Part shown: one piece after another, positions 1 through 13,189 of the stretch
How positions within the stretch are numbered: position 1 is the stretch's first letter
Layout of the letters: each line of letters opens with the position of its first letter
Assembly (NCBI GenBank): GCA_964035545.1
Contig: OZ037770.1
Location: 2,542,001 to 2,606,000 of the forward strand
DNA: 64,000 bases
Direction: 5' to 3'
Source: Bugula neritina
Lineage: Eukaryota; Animalia; Bryozoa
Notes under the pieces: model-generated
Databases searched by the model: none
What the model saw: only the letters and a program-made list of their open reading frames with translations
What the model was told of the DNA's origin: nothing
Position numbers and translations under genes: made by a program

Positions 1-752
1 ATAATTATACTCTAATTTCACTATAAAACGGTTTTAATAAATTTGCGCTAGAGTCTTGTAGACAGAATTTCATAGTTGCAAACCAAATTGCTTATACGGC
101 GAACTATAGCAATTTATTGAAAAGCCATTTTTTAGCAAATATATTTTGCATTGTTATAAAGACATAAATTTTTTGTAGGTTTTGAATTTAAATATAAATG
201 TTGAAAGTTGAATAAAAATGAAGTGAACAAATAATTTTTGGCTGTTTATGCTGAGTATTAAAACAGACAGCTGTTATAGTGCCTGCTAAACACACAAACA
301 ATATTTGAAATTGCAGTTTACTCTTTTATTTTCTCCTCCTAGCCTTGCAATATATTGTTAAGTTAATATTTCTCTGAAACAAAGCTAAAATAAATGCTTA
401 ATTCAACTGTTTTGATAAACTGTAATGTGAATGATTTTGGTTTTGTGCATTTTTTAAAAAAAGTTATCTTGATTTTTAATAAACCAGAAAAGGGCAGCAA
501 AAAATATTTTTATATCTTCAAGTTTTACAACATAATAATAATAATAATGGTATTTTGATGCTGATAACAATAATAGTTATATTAATATTTATTTATGTAT
601 ATATTTATATAATAAATGAATGTGTAACAAGCTAGTGCAAAGAGAATATAACAAAGAAAGAGGCATATGGCAGTGATAATTCACTGCAGGTTGCGTGAAG
701 TTTGAAGGTCTTTGAGAAGCAAGAATTGCTATACAACCCCAGAGCAGAATCA

Positions 753-1025
<273 letters not shown>

Positions 1026-1026
1026 C

Positions 1027-2830
1027 TCAAGTGGAAATCTCTTCGCTACTGCCTTAAGAATCATGGGTAATAAAAATCGGTCAGAAGTATTGAGATAGCA
1101 TATATTCACTATTAAATGACAGATGTCTGCCTAATATAGCTATATATACCAACAAGATTTAAACATATTATAACATTCAACAGTTATAGCTCAAACTACC
1201 TCCATTTACAGCATATATAATAAACTTTATTGTACTTTCACATGAGCACTCCTTGACAATTGGAAGAATATTGAATTTATATATTAGACTATTGTCTTCC
1301 TGTTTTTTTCTAATTGACTGAAGCTATAGACAGTATACCTTAAATAATTTTCACACAATGCAAAAACTGTGACACACAAACCTCTCAGGTAGAGTAGATA
1401 ATTTACAGCCCATCATATTCAACTCTTTAAGTGATGTGAGTGATGACACAACTTCTGGTACAGTGTTGAGAGGATTCTCTCCTATGTCTAGTTTCTCTAA
1501 CTGAGTCAGCTGACATAGACTGTAATATAAAGTGTATGTAATACATAATCTTATAAAGCGTATCATAATAATGTATACTTAATATGTTACTTTTGTATAC
1601 AACAAGAAAGGTATAGAAGACATAAACTTATGGCAATGAGACACAAAGTGTTCACGGTACCTAGGTGAAAGTCTCTTGGCTACTGTATTAACAATCATGG
1701 CTAATAAAGATAGGTCAGAAGTATTGAGATAGTATATAATCACTATTAAATGACAGATGTATCTGCTTAATATAACTATATACCAACAAGATTTAAACAT
1801 ATTATAGCATTTAACAATGTTATTATATAAACTCTCACCATTTACAGCATATATATACTAAACTGTAATTATACTTTCACATGAGCACTCCTTGACAATT
1901 ATAGGAATAATTGAATTTATATTTTAGACTATATTGTTTGCCTGTTTTTTTCCAATTGGTAAAGCTATAGACAGTATACCTTAAATAATTTTTCACATAT
2001 TACAAAAACTTGTGACACACAAACCTCTCAGGTAGAGTAGATAAGTTACAGTTTGACATATTCAACTCTTTAAGTGATGTGAGTGATGACACAACTTCTG
2101 GTACTGTGTTGAGAGGATTCCCTCCTATGTGTAGTTCCTCTAACTGATTCAGCTGACATAGACTGTAATATAAAGTGTATGTAATACATAATCTTATAAA
2201 GCGTATCATAATAATGTATACTTAATATGTTACTTTTGTATACAACAAGAAAGGTATAGAAGACATAAACTTATGGCAATGAGACACAAAGTGTTCACGG
2301 TACCTAGGTGAAAATCTCTTGGCTACTGTATTAACAATCATGGCTAATAAAGATAGGTCAGAAGTATTGAGATAGTATATAATCACTATTAAATGACAGA
2401 TGTATCTGCTTAATATAGCTATATACCAACAAGATTTAAACATATTATAGCATTTAACAATGTTATAGTGTAAATTCTCACCATTTACAGCATAAATATA
2501 CTAAACTGTAATTATACTTTCACATGAGCACTCCTTGACAATTATAGGAATAATTGAATTTATATTTTAGACTATATTGTTTGCCTGTTTTTTTCCAATT
2601 GGTAAAGCTATAGACAGTATACCTTAAATAATTTTTCACATATTACAAAAACTTGTGACACACAAACCTCTCAGGTAGAGTAGATAGTCTACATCTCCCC
2701 ATATTCAACTCTTTAAGTGATGTGAGTGATGACACAACTTCTGGTACTGTGTTGAGAGGATTCCATTCTATGTCTAGTTTCTCCAACTGAGTCAGCTGAC
2801 GTAGACTGCAGTATAAAGTGTGCGATATGT
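1027..2830. repeat. Tandem 643-bp intron+LRR-exon duplication (about 3 units)
   Basis: Exon starts at 1382, 2025 and 2668 (period 643); introns nearly identical; a diverged partial unit at 1027-1380. Confidence 0.95.
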
Positions 2831-3641
2831 GTAGTACACTGTATCATAGTAACATATGCTATATACACAAGGAAAAACATGCAATAAATAAACTTATTGC
2901 AAAAAGCAACAGTAAAATTTTTATATTAAACTCAGTTGTAAGGATAAGATGTACTCTGTGTGCATTAGAGCAGTGAGCTTTGTTTTTTAAAGTTAAGCTG
3001 TCAGTTTAGTAGATAAGACGTGTTCACTCTACAGTACTATGAAAGTTGATATAATGACATTGTATTATAGTGTATCTCGATAGTTGGTGACATAAAGTGC
3101 CTTCCTTATAATCTTATATAATATCTGTAACTTTTGTACTCATAACTACATAAAACAGTCATGCTCTATGATTGATCATATGAAGTAACAGTTCAGATAC
3201 TGTGACACTTTTTTAGTTCCTACATCTGAAACAGCTGCAGTGTAACGGACACAATGTTTTACATATTGCTATTAGCTGTATACTGTATGATAATAATTTG
3301 ACTAAAATTATACTTTATATTACAGTTATATATAATACATAGTAAGACATTGTACAAATAAAAAATAATGTCATTTACCCTCTAAACGGTTGCTGTAATA
3401 AATACTCACTTATCTAGACTCGCTCTGTCAGTCAGCTTAGAAACATATAGATGCAGGGCTTTACCAGCAATCACTCCGATGTTATTGGGAATTTTCCCTT
3501 CTAGTTTGAGATGTGTGATGTCATAACTCCCAACTTCATTTTTCACTTCAGCACTAGTATATGACTTGGTATTAGACGTCCGTACATCTAACCAGTTTGC
3601 AGGAGGCTGTCCAGAATGTCTGAACCAGATTTTCATCTTCT
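1382..3641 (-). CDS. Leucine-rich repeat protein, partial (exons 3410-3641, 2668-2805, 2025-2162, 1382-1519; continues left of the last exon seen)
   Basis: Three 138-bp GT-AG phase-2 exons, each encoding two 23-aa LRRs (e.g. LTQLEKLDIGENPLNTVPEVVSSLTSLKELNMMGCKLSTLPER). The leader exon MKIWFRHSG...SLD ends in a phase-2 GTGAGT donor, compatible with the first LRR exon. Confidence 0.85.
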
Positions 3642-4479
3642 CTGTAACATTATACAGTGTGATTATTACACAGTGCTAGCAGGTGGTGTCTCTTATTCTG
3701 ACACCTGCCATCTACTGATTGAATATATAAATCAATAGTTAGGTTTCAGCCACCATATAGATACTTGTATATAGAACTAAACTACACATTCTTTGATGGC
3801 AGCTTCAGGTTTAACATAAGATGAAAGTAAAGTATCTAAGTTCCTAAAACTAACTGCATCCTGTATAATCTTTGGAGCTACTCCAAACTCTTGGTACCAT
3901 ATATTTTCCTAATTCTTGTTAAATACATAATTAGAATAAAAACTAAAAGCTTCTTTTAAGATCTCTAAAATTATGCTGATTGTGTTACAATATGAAAAAC
4001 ATCTCAAATCACTCTTTTTATTTATTACATACAATAACGGATCTTAAAAGAATATTTTGAACTTTCGCAATATTTTAAAATACTCACCACCAGTTGCCAT
4101 GGTTACCAAATTTCTTTACATTTGAGTCATTTTAATGTGTTTCAGTTTAGAATTGGCAGCTCCACCTACAACAGATATGAACTATAAAAAATACATTTAA
4201 CTATTCTCTTTTGCTTATTTCGATTTATATTATAAACTAATGGTGCATTTCATTACTTGAAACGACACTGTGTCGAGTTAATATGGAACTTACTTAGTAA
4301 AATACTATATATATAGACACACAGATACGCTAATGGATAGTGTACTGCAAAATCTTGATATATATCATAATATATGTAATAACACGGTACATAGAATTGG
4401 TATGTCAAATTTTATTACGAAAATATTCAAGTCAAATTATATTACACGTAATATAATTTGACTTGTATATTTTTGTTCT

Positions 4480-5075
4480 TGTTCTTCTGCAATCCTCTTG
4501 ATGGTCCTGTGTTTCTCTCTACAATTCTATTGCTGCTCAGAGCGTAAGTGGTGCGAAACCTCATAGCGATTCCCCACTTGCCAGAAAACTGCTCTACCGC
4601 TGCTAACCTAAACACCATGGAATTGTCTATGAAAAACTTGTAACATGGCCCTGGCTCAACAACAACACTTTGTGATTGAGCAAAAATATGCTCTGCATAC
4701 ATGGCCTGCAGTCGTCGTCATATGGCAAACATTGATGGACCACAGTCTATCATCGACAAGAAGCGTCGGCCCTAGTAGTGAGTCACATCAATGGCAACTC
4801 TGTTCCAGTAGTTTTTTACTGAGAAGTTTCTTGTTCACACAAAGCTTTCAGATCACAAGGCAGAATCAATTCTCAAAGATGCCTCGCACCCAGTGAGCTC
4901 AGTCTTTACTTGATATCAAAAACAGATCCCCACAAATCTGCCTAGCAAGATACAGAATTGTATCAAAGCCATGTGGTGAGAAAAATGTGCGGCCTAATAA
5001 ATTGAATCCTCGATACTTTCACCAGTGGCCAGTGCTACAGTCACATCTGCACTAGGACTTCCTGTTTCTGTGTCT
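4480..5075 (-). mobile_element. Degenerate Gypsy integrase fragment from a different family
   Basis: Hand translation gives WNRVAIDVTHY*GRRFLSMIDCGPSMFAI...NRIVERN(H)RTIKR, an rve core, with stops and frameshifts. Confidence 0.75.
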
Positions 5076-5079
5076 GTTT

Positions 5080-8000
5080 CCTGTTGATGGCATAATATGG
5101 CGTCTCCAGAAAAGTGGTGTACTCCACAGGGGCAAAAAGTCACAGTGAAATGTTGGGGGACGTGTATTCGTAGAGTTTGAGTGCGGAGAATGTACGTCGA
5201 CACTCGCTACGTTTCCTGTGGATGTCCTGTCCAATAATGACCTGTATCAGAGTTCGGGTTTGTCTGGTTGTCCAAGTCGTCTGTCGTAGTAAAGCTAGGA
5301 GTAACTCCAGTTTTTTGGTCTTGTCCAGTTGTATAGCGTAGTCATCAGGGGTGGTTGTCGGCTGTTCCGTCTGCGGCGTCAGGTGTACGTCAGATAACAT
5401 GTCAAGTTCAGCTTCAAATATGTTGTCCCAGTGTGTAGTGGGAGTGTCGAGTAGAGCTTGTATCTTGGAAGATACAGGTACAATGTCGCATGCAACAGAG
5501 TATTCGAATTCAAGCATAATTTTCTCAAATCACACTCCCTGTTGGAGACTCCACCCAGTCAGTACGACACTGTGACTGAGTTGGCAACCAACAACCTCCT
5601 GGTTTTCAAAAACCATTCGAGTGATTGCTCAACTCAAAGTCGCCAGTGAAATCATCTAACATCAGCAGTCCAACTTTATCATTATGACAAAGTGAGACTG
5701 AAGTCGGCTACTAGAATAAATTGTTTAATTATTGCTCACACCCACCTGCTCAGCGGCGACTTTATCCGTCAGCATTTCCGTGTTTCTTACCGGGTCGGTG
5801 TTTGATCCGGTATGAAAACTAAGTCAATATTTCAAGCCAGCGCGCTACTTGGCTAAATGGCTCAGCCTGTTGACACAACCATATCAAGGACGCAGGGTCT
5901 GTTCGTAATCTGACCGCACGCCCACACAGATATGGTCTAAAGTGTTTGACCGCCTTGACTACTGCCAGGAGCTCTCTCCTGGTTGTACAGTAGTTCTTCT
6001 CAGGGGGGCGATAGAGCTTTGCTATAGTAGGCCGCCAACACCTCGCAGCCATCTTGGATCTGAGATAGCACAGCACCTACATTGTGGTCACTGGCATCAG
6101 TATCCTAAATGTACTCTTTTGCCGGATCAGAGTACGCCAAGATGGGCGCCCCCACCAACTAATCCTTGAAGTGGCCAAAATGCCTGCTGTTCTGCATAGG
6201 TCCACTGCCAGCGTACTCCCTTTGCTGTCAGCCGCTTTAGCAGCTGAGCAATTCCTGCAAAGTCAGGTATGTACTGTTGGTAGTACCCTACCAACCCCAG
6301 GAACGCTCAAAATTCAGGAAGGTCGACAGGGACGGCCAGTCCCTCACAGCTTGTACGATCTCCGGGTTGGTGGCGTCTCTGTCTAGACCAACTACGTGGC
6401 CCAAGTAATTAACCTCCTGTTGCGGTAATGCACACTTAGAGGGCTTGAGCTTCAGACCAGCAGCTCAAAGGCTGTCAAACACTTCTCTAAGCCAACTGAC
6501 ATGAGTGCCGAAAATGGAGGAGATGACAATGATATCATCGAGATAGATGAGCAAGGTCTTCTAGTGTAAACCGCTCAGGACCTGCTCCATGAATCCCTGG
6601 AAGGTGGCCGGCGCAGACGTAAGTCCGAACGACAGCACCTTCCACTTCCAGAGCCCGTCTCGCATAATAAACGCTGCCTTGTGCTGTGCATCAGGATTCA
6701 AGGGCACCTGCCAATACCTGCTTAGCAAGTCCAGCGTACTGACTAACTTGCTACCAGCTAAGGCATTTAGCAACTCATCGATCCTAGGAAGAGGGTAAGC
6801 GCCCTGGATGGTCACGCTGTTCAGTTTGCAATAATCCACGCGAAACTTCCAGCTCCCATCCTTTTTTTAAACCAGGACAACTGGAGAGCTCCAAGCACCA
6901 TAGGCTGGCTCAATCAGGTCCTGGTTCAGAAAGTCTTGCACCTACCAGCTCACTTCTTTTTTTTCTCAGGACCTAGCCGACGGGTCAACTGCCTAATAAG
7001 GACTGTCCTCACCGCCAGGAGTATCTCATGACAGACAGCCTTAGCCAGGCCCATGTCATTGCCGCCACAACTGAACACGTCTCTGTAATCAGAGAGTAGC
7101 TGCACCACTACCAGGTGTTCTCGCTTACTCTCACAGCTATCACAGGCATCGCCATACAAATCTACCAAGTTTTCCGGCACTGTTCCCCCGCCGTTCCTAG
7201 CGGGTACTCCCTGGGCTTCATCCACCGTTTCCAGGGTGAGCCCGACATCCTGCTGTTCAGAATGGAACTTCTCTACTAGTGACCCAGCCAACAATTCCAA
7301 CGGCTCCGTGAAAGGGTTTACACACTGGACCAGGAATTTCCCCTGTTTATCCAGCCTATTTAGGCTGTTGGCGAGCTGGACGCTCTCCAGTGCACTTTTC
7401 ACCACTCTTGAGTCGGAGATTTTTCTACAGTTCACTCTGCAGCGGGCTGTAGTCCGGGAGCGCCCAGGTACAGTACAGCGCCGCACCACCTGCACTCCCC
7501 CCAAGGGCCTGCCAAACCGGTCCACACAAATAGCTCACGCCCGGTCATCATCTCCGAGACTTGTTGAAGTCGATGTGGCACTTGTGTCGCTTCAGAAATG
7601 GCATTGACGATGACGGTCTCACTGATCACCTGATCACGGACTCTACCAGTCAACTCTATCACGTCATAGAAAGTAATACACGACCCCTCTGCTAACGTGC
7701 TGTGTTCCCCCCCCCATATGGCTCCAGCTTCGCCTGGTCCCAGGTACTGAAGGTGTCAAACAGACGCCGACACAGGAGATTTTTGGTGCACGCTGTATCC
7801 AACAGGAATGTTGCAGCTTTGCAGGCAACTTTACCGGGAAGAAAATAACTGCTTCCATATAGCTGGGCGCTCACTGAGCGGTTCATCTCTGGAGGTGACA
7901 CCCCATGTGCATAGAGTTGGGAATGCACCTGCCCTTTCCAGTTGCGGGGGGTTTGTCGATGTGTAATGAGCAGCTGAGTTACATCTCGGTCTTGCTTGCA

Positions 8001-9528
8001 CACAGGCGACCGAGTGAAAGCTCGGTCCTGCTCTCGTGTGGGCAACCGAGGGAAATCTTGGTTCTGCTCCCACTCGTCATACCTCTCCTCCTCAGGTAAA
8101 CCTTCAAAGCGGTTTTGAGTGGCCAAGCCAAAGGTTTAGGCGGGCCTTGCGGTCTGCTGACTTTCCGTGGGGCTTGCCTTTCTGGCGAAGGCAGCCTCTT
8201 CACTTATTGGGTTTGGGCCTTGGCCTCGGAGGGTTAAACCGAGACCCACAGTCAGCGAAGTCTACCGCTGGCCGTTGTTGTTTAACTGCCTCTTTCTACC
8301 ATGGGAGCAAATTTGTCCGAAGTGCTCTCCACTACCACAGCCTCAGCATTCGGGGGCTTGCCTGCCGACGACAACTGTTGGCGACCTTGTGGGTCGCTCA
8401 GTTGTCGACTGTTGGCGCAGATGCCTGATCTCGACTAACAGCTCACGAACCAAGCTTGTGGTAAAGCTAGTAGGCTCGTCGGCTGCTGCCGTGGCGACAT
8501 GTACAACCGACTTGGATGACGACGTCGACACGTCGTCGTTTTCCTCCACTTACTGTACTGTCGTCCCAGCTCAGCGCGTACTGTCCGCGTGAAAATATGC
8601 ATTCCCAAGCCTGAAAGCTCGCCCTATAGTCTCAACCTCGGCCACTAGCAAGTGTTGCTTCAGGCCTAGGTTGTTGACAGACTGGAGGAAATAATCTAGT
8701 GCCAGACTCTGTCGGCCATTTGCAGGCAAGTCTCCACAGGCAACTTGTGCTAGCCGCTCAACTACGGTCGCGTGCTCTCTCAAAATAGTTTTAGGATTTC
8801 TCCTAAGTCCTTGGAGTTGCACACGCGCATCTTGAGTGGTGAGCCCAAACCGGGCTCTCAACACCCTAAAGATGTCGCAGACATCCTGACCAATCTCATA
8901 AGGTTTAGTCGGTTCCGTCAGGCACAACCGCAGCTGTATCAGAGTAACCCTGACAGGCTATCCACAGATGGCTGCCACATTGCTCCACATTCTCTTCTCC
9001 TGAGAAGATAGAAGCCTGCAAGTGGTACCTGTCCATAGGCAGCGCTGGACCGCCTATGTCATCCTCCATAGCCGCCGGCTCAACTCGCTTTTCATGGGGT
9101 ACGTCCTCTTTGTCGGCCATCTTTCCTCACTCCTTAACTAGGAGCATTAACTTTAAATTTATCCTACTGCTGCCACCACTGTTGTAAAACTGTGCATTCA
9201 CTAATTGCTGGGTATTTAAAGTAATGTAAAACTGCCAAGTTAAAGAGATTATTATGCGTTTATTTAATACAATATTTACACAAGTAAAACTGTACAATAC
9301 TTAGAAGACAAGTTACATAATTGCAGACAGAATACACACAACCTATTGTTAGCTAATGCACTGCCTGACTGCCGGCTATCCAAGCGTGCTTGCTATCTTC
9401 TAATTGATTAGTCCTGTCTTTGTTAGTAGCGTAGTAAGTACTGTCAGGCCGAATATAGGAAGGCCCGCTAATAGAAAAGTAGCAGGAGAGCTGTTCTTTT
9501 GATAATACTACTATACAAAATCTCTACA
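5080..9528 (-). mobile_element. Gypsy/Ty3 LTR retrotransposon A (decayed; 5' LTR ~9180-9528, gag, PR, RT, RNase H, integrase deleted, ORF3 remnant, no 3' LTR)
   Basis: PBS 9161-9178 (reverse complement TGGTGGCAGCAGTAGGAT); gag from 9120; LLDTAC protease; RT (YPLPRID, FGLTSAPATFQ); RNase H (NYCTTRRELLAV); homologous to elements B and C. Confidence 0.92.
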
Positions 9529-12500
9529 GTTGCATTTGGAAGTAGCGCAAAATTTTTGCGTAAGGGTTAACATCAAGTAAAACATCTCAAATAAATGCTC
9601 TAATAAAAGCGGTATTAAAACTGTTGAAAAGATGTGATGAAGACATAGGGTTAAAAAATATTTCAAAATTATATTACAAAGATGCTTGTCTAAATATAAA
9701 ATATTTTAAATTAACTTTGCATAAATACTGAACTTTGCTTTTGTTTTAATTTTTTTCTTTTAAAGAAATTTTAGCCATGACGTAAAACTATGTAAAGCAT
9801 TAGCATTCCTTTAAACAAAATGTAGCACAAGCTCCTCAACTACTGTACACTCTGTCTCTAACTACTCTAACTACTGTACACAGTAGTATTTGATATTAAA
9901 GTTGAAAGGTCAACAGCTATAAAGTGCATGGTCATGACAGACAGGACAACAAATAAATCATAAGACTTATATCAAAGTTGCCATTTAAGCATTGCTCAGC
10001 AACCGAAGCCACAAAAATTTGTTCAGTAGCATATTTCCTTCAAAGTTTTTCATGTTGGGAGGACACAACTCGCATTTATGCAGAAGATCTTGAGGACAAA
10101 TATTATATAGGCAAATGCGGCTTTATAATAATGGTTTGTCTCAACTACTTTTCAAGACAACAAAATATTAACGTTAACTAATCTCATCTCATGCAGTGTT
10201 TCAAAATTCAATAACTACCATACAAATAAATCTTAATGGCTCTACAATTTTAAAGAATGTCTTCAGATAGAAGCATGTTTCAATAACTTTGTTTGATAAA
10301 CTGTGAATAAGGTAAACCAGATGCATATTACAGAAATAAACGGAATCCTTACCAGCTGTCTTAGCTTTCTCCCATATGGAGGCGTTTGACTGGAGTCAGA
10401 GCTGAGAAATGGTGACTCGTTGACTGCTCAGAGATGTGTGATTGAGATGTGACCAGCTACTGAGTGTTGAAGATAATGATTGGTTGCTGAGACTAACTTG
10501 TTGTAGAAACATGCTTCACCCTCGTGATTCTTATCTTTAATATTCAATAACACTCTTGTTTGTTTAAAGTCTCAATCACTGTGAGAAACTGTTGGTAAGA
10601 GACTTGTTATAGCTGGGTTAAAAACTGTGTCCTTCATCAAACTGATAACACAGTGCGAGATCCTGCATGTGACAATGTATGCTTCTAGTCCTATCTAAAC
10701 TAAAGCAACTTGCAATACATCACAACACATGTGTGTATTTTAGAAAAACGCAACCATAGCTACTCTAGTCAAGTATTGGACTGCATGTTTTTATTCACCA
10801 ATTGTGTTTCAACACAAACTGTTAATAGCAAAATAATGCTAAGAAAAGGGCTGATTTTATAAGATACCTGATTAGTGTTGTAAAGTTCATTTAAAATTAA
10901 CAAAACTTGCAAAATATGGTTGCTCTTAACAGCTTACTATTGTAGGTTTGAACTTGATCATTTAAAATTCTGTGGTATAAGAATGTATAATATTTTATGA
11001 ATATGATCTACTGTTAGTATAATTGGTTTTGGAAAACTGAAACCTCGCAGAACAAAGTATTTATGTGCAATCTTGACATAAAATATCCTTTTCAGATGTT
11101 CCTTCTGTTGCTTTACCTAACTTCTATGAAGAGGAAATAAACAAAGACTGACAATAGCTATAAAGAAGACATTAAAAGCCACTACACATCAATATTACGA
11201 TGACATGGTAAAAGCTGGTGAAGAGGCTGTGTTATAGATGGGAAATTTTATTGCAGTTAGCAAAAGAAGTGCAGCAAAGCATAACGTATTAGTTGCTTCA
11301 GCTGAAATTTAGTCCCATATGCTGTCAAATTTTATAAAGGAATTCAACTGATTAGTTTTTTACCTGTGCTTAAATGGGTTTTATTATTCTTTGAGCAATT
11401 GTAGCAAGAGTAGCAAAACGCTGTGTAATAATAAACCTACTTATAGGCAGTGAGCATCAACTGTGTTGTCAGTAATAAACATGACTGGCTGTATAAAAAA
11501 CTTATAAACGTTGAAACATTTTGGCTTTTAGCCAATATTGTAAAGGTGGGTTATGCAACTATAAAACTCCTACTCAAGTGGTAGTCTAGGATGGACAGGG
11601 CTGAGCTGATAATATTACAAGAGGTTTTAATCCTAAACTGAAGGATATCTAAGAATGTGCCAGTTATTGAACCTGACTCAATGCATGCTGTTAGGCTAGA
11701 TTAATCTCTCTTAAAAACTATTAAACCATATTGATGCTCCCCTAACCTTTTCCAATATGACAGCTGATAACAATGTTATACAGTTACTGATACAGAAAAC
11801 ACCACCAGTTAAGTTGCGTTTATACCTCTGCTGAAAAAAATACCGAGTTTAAGTTAATAACGTTGACTAAATAACGATGTTTACGAGGAGTTATTACTCC
11901 TATTCTGAAAACGGCCGATTAAGTTATCACAATAAAAAGTTTCTACGAGTGGCTTTTACAATGCAATGCAACTCGGAGAAATTTTAACCGGGCCAAATGG
12001 AATTTCTGACCGAGAATTGTGAAGGTATAAAGGTAACTTTAGAGAATGTCTACATCAGATCTACTTTCTCACATACATATTTTCAGAAATTATTAAGTTT
12101 AATTGCAGATCGCACACACCCCAACTTGTTGTCATGTTTTATTATACAAAATTGAAATTAACAAGTATAATTATACGTAACTATATTAGAAATGTGGTAG
12201 CAATTAGTGTTTTACTACTGCACAGATAGCATACCATCATTTACTGTAGTATTATTATAAATAGACTATAATATTTCAGTTTGTACTATATAAATATTAT
12301 ACTGTGAGAGTGTTGAACACATGACAACGAGTTACCTAACGATCTCTAACATTCATTGTTTAGAAAAGATCTCAGCCCTAAAAATATAGTTCTTTTATAT
12401 AACTTAAAGTTAGAATGCTTTTTTTGCCAGTTTTTTAATTTTTGTTGCGTTTTGTTGAATTTTTTCATTTATGAATGTGTAAAATGATTCAACAAGGTCA

Positions 12501-13189
12501 CTGCTAAAAAGTAGTGCAGCTACAGTTTGTAACACAAAACCTGCATCCAGTGAAATACTAGATTGTTGCCCTCTGAAATAAACAATTCCATGCAGTCGAT
12601 TGCACCATAATCCTCATAATATTTGCACACCTGATAGATTATAAAGCTAATGGCATATGATGGTGATAAGAATAGCTGTAATGTTCAATTATGAACAAAT
12701 AAACCAAGTAAGGGAGACGTGGTAAGGCCTCCAGTCTAAGAATGGTTCTAATATCTAATCATGGGCTACACTGCTTACTCATGAAAACTTTAAACAGCTA
12801 CCCTCCTCTTTTGTTATCTTAAGCTATTTCTACATGCAACTTATGTTTTCGAACTCAAAGTAATAAGTCATCAACGTTGAAATTATTACACATGACATTA
12901 TAGCCTAGATACTATGAGAATTGCGCATGTAAACATGGATCACAACTGACAAAGGAATAAAGTTATAAATGATCACCTGTTAATGAAATGTATTTGATTC
13001 GCTATATTGAAAATATCACTAATAATGCAAATTACTCTGCCAACTGTTCATGTGAACATGGATCACAATTGAAGCATTAATAAAGTTAAATTGTCATCTT
13101 TTTGTGAACTATAATTTTCATCACATTCTGCGTGGTAACATCTTCACAAGAATAGCTTGTGCATTATACTGTCCATAGTATATATATTA

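Noticed and set aside
10354-10662. Minus-strand exon-like segment (CAG acceptor, GTAAG donor) upstream of the LRR gene
   Set aside because: Stops in all three frames; might be a 5' UTR exon but cannot be supported without transcripts.
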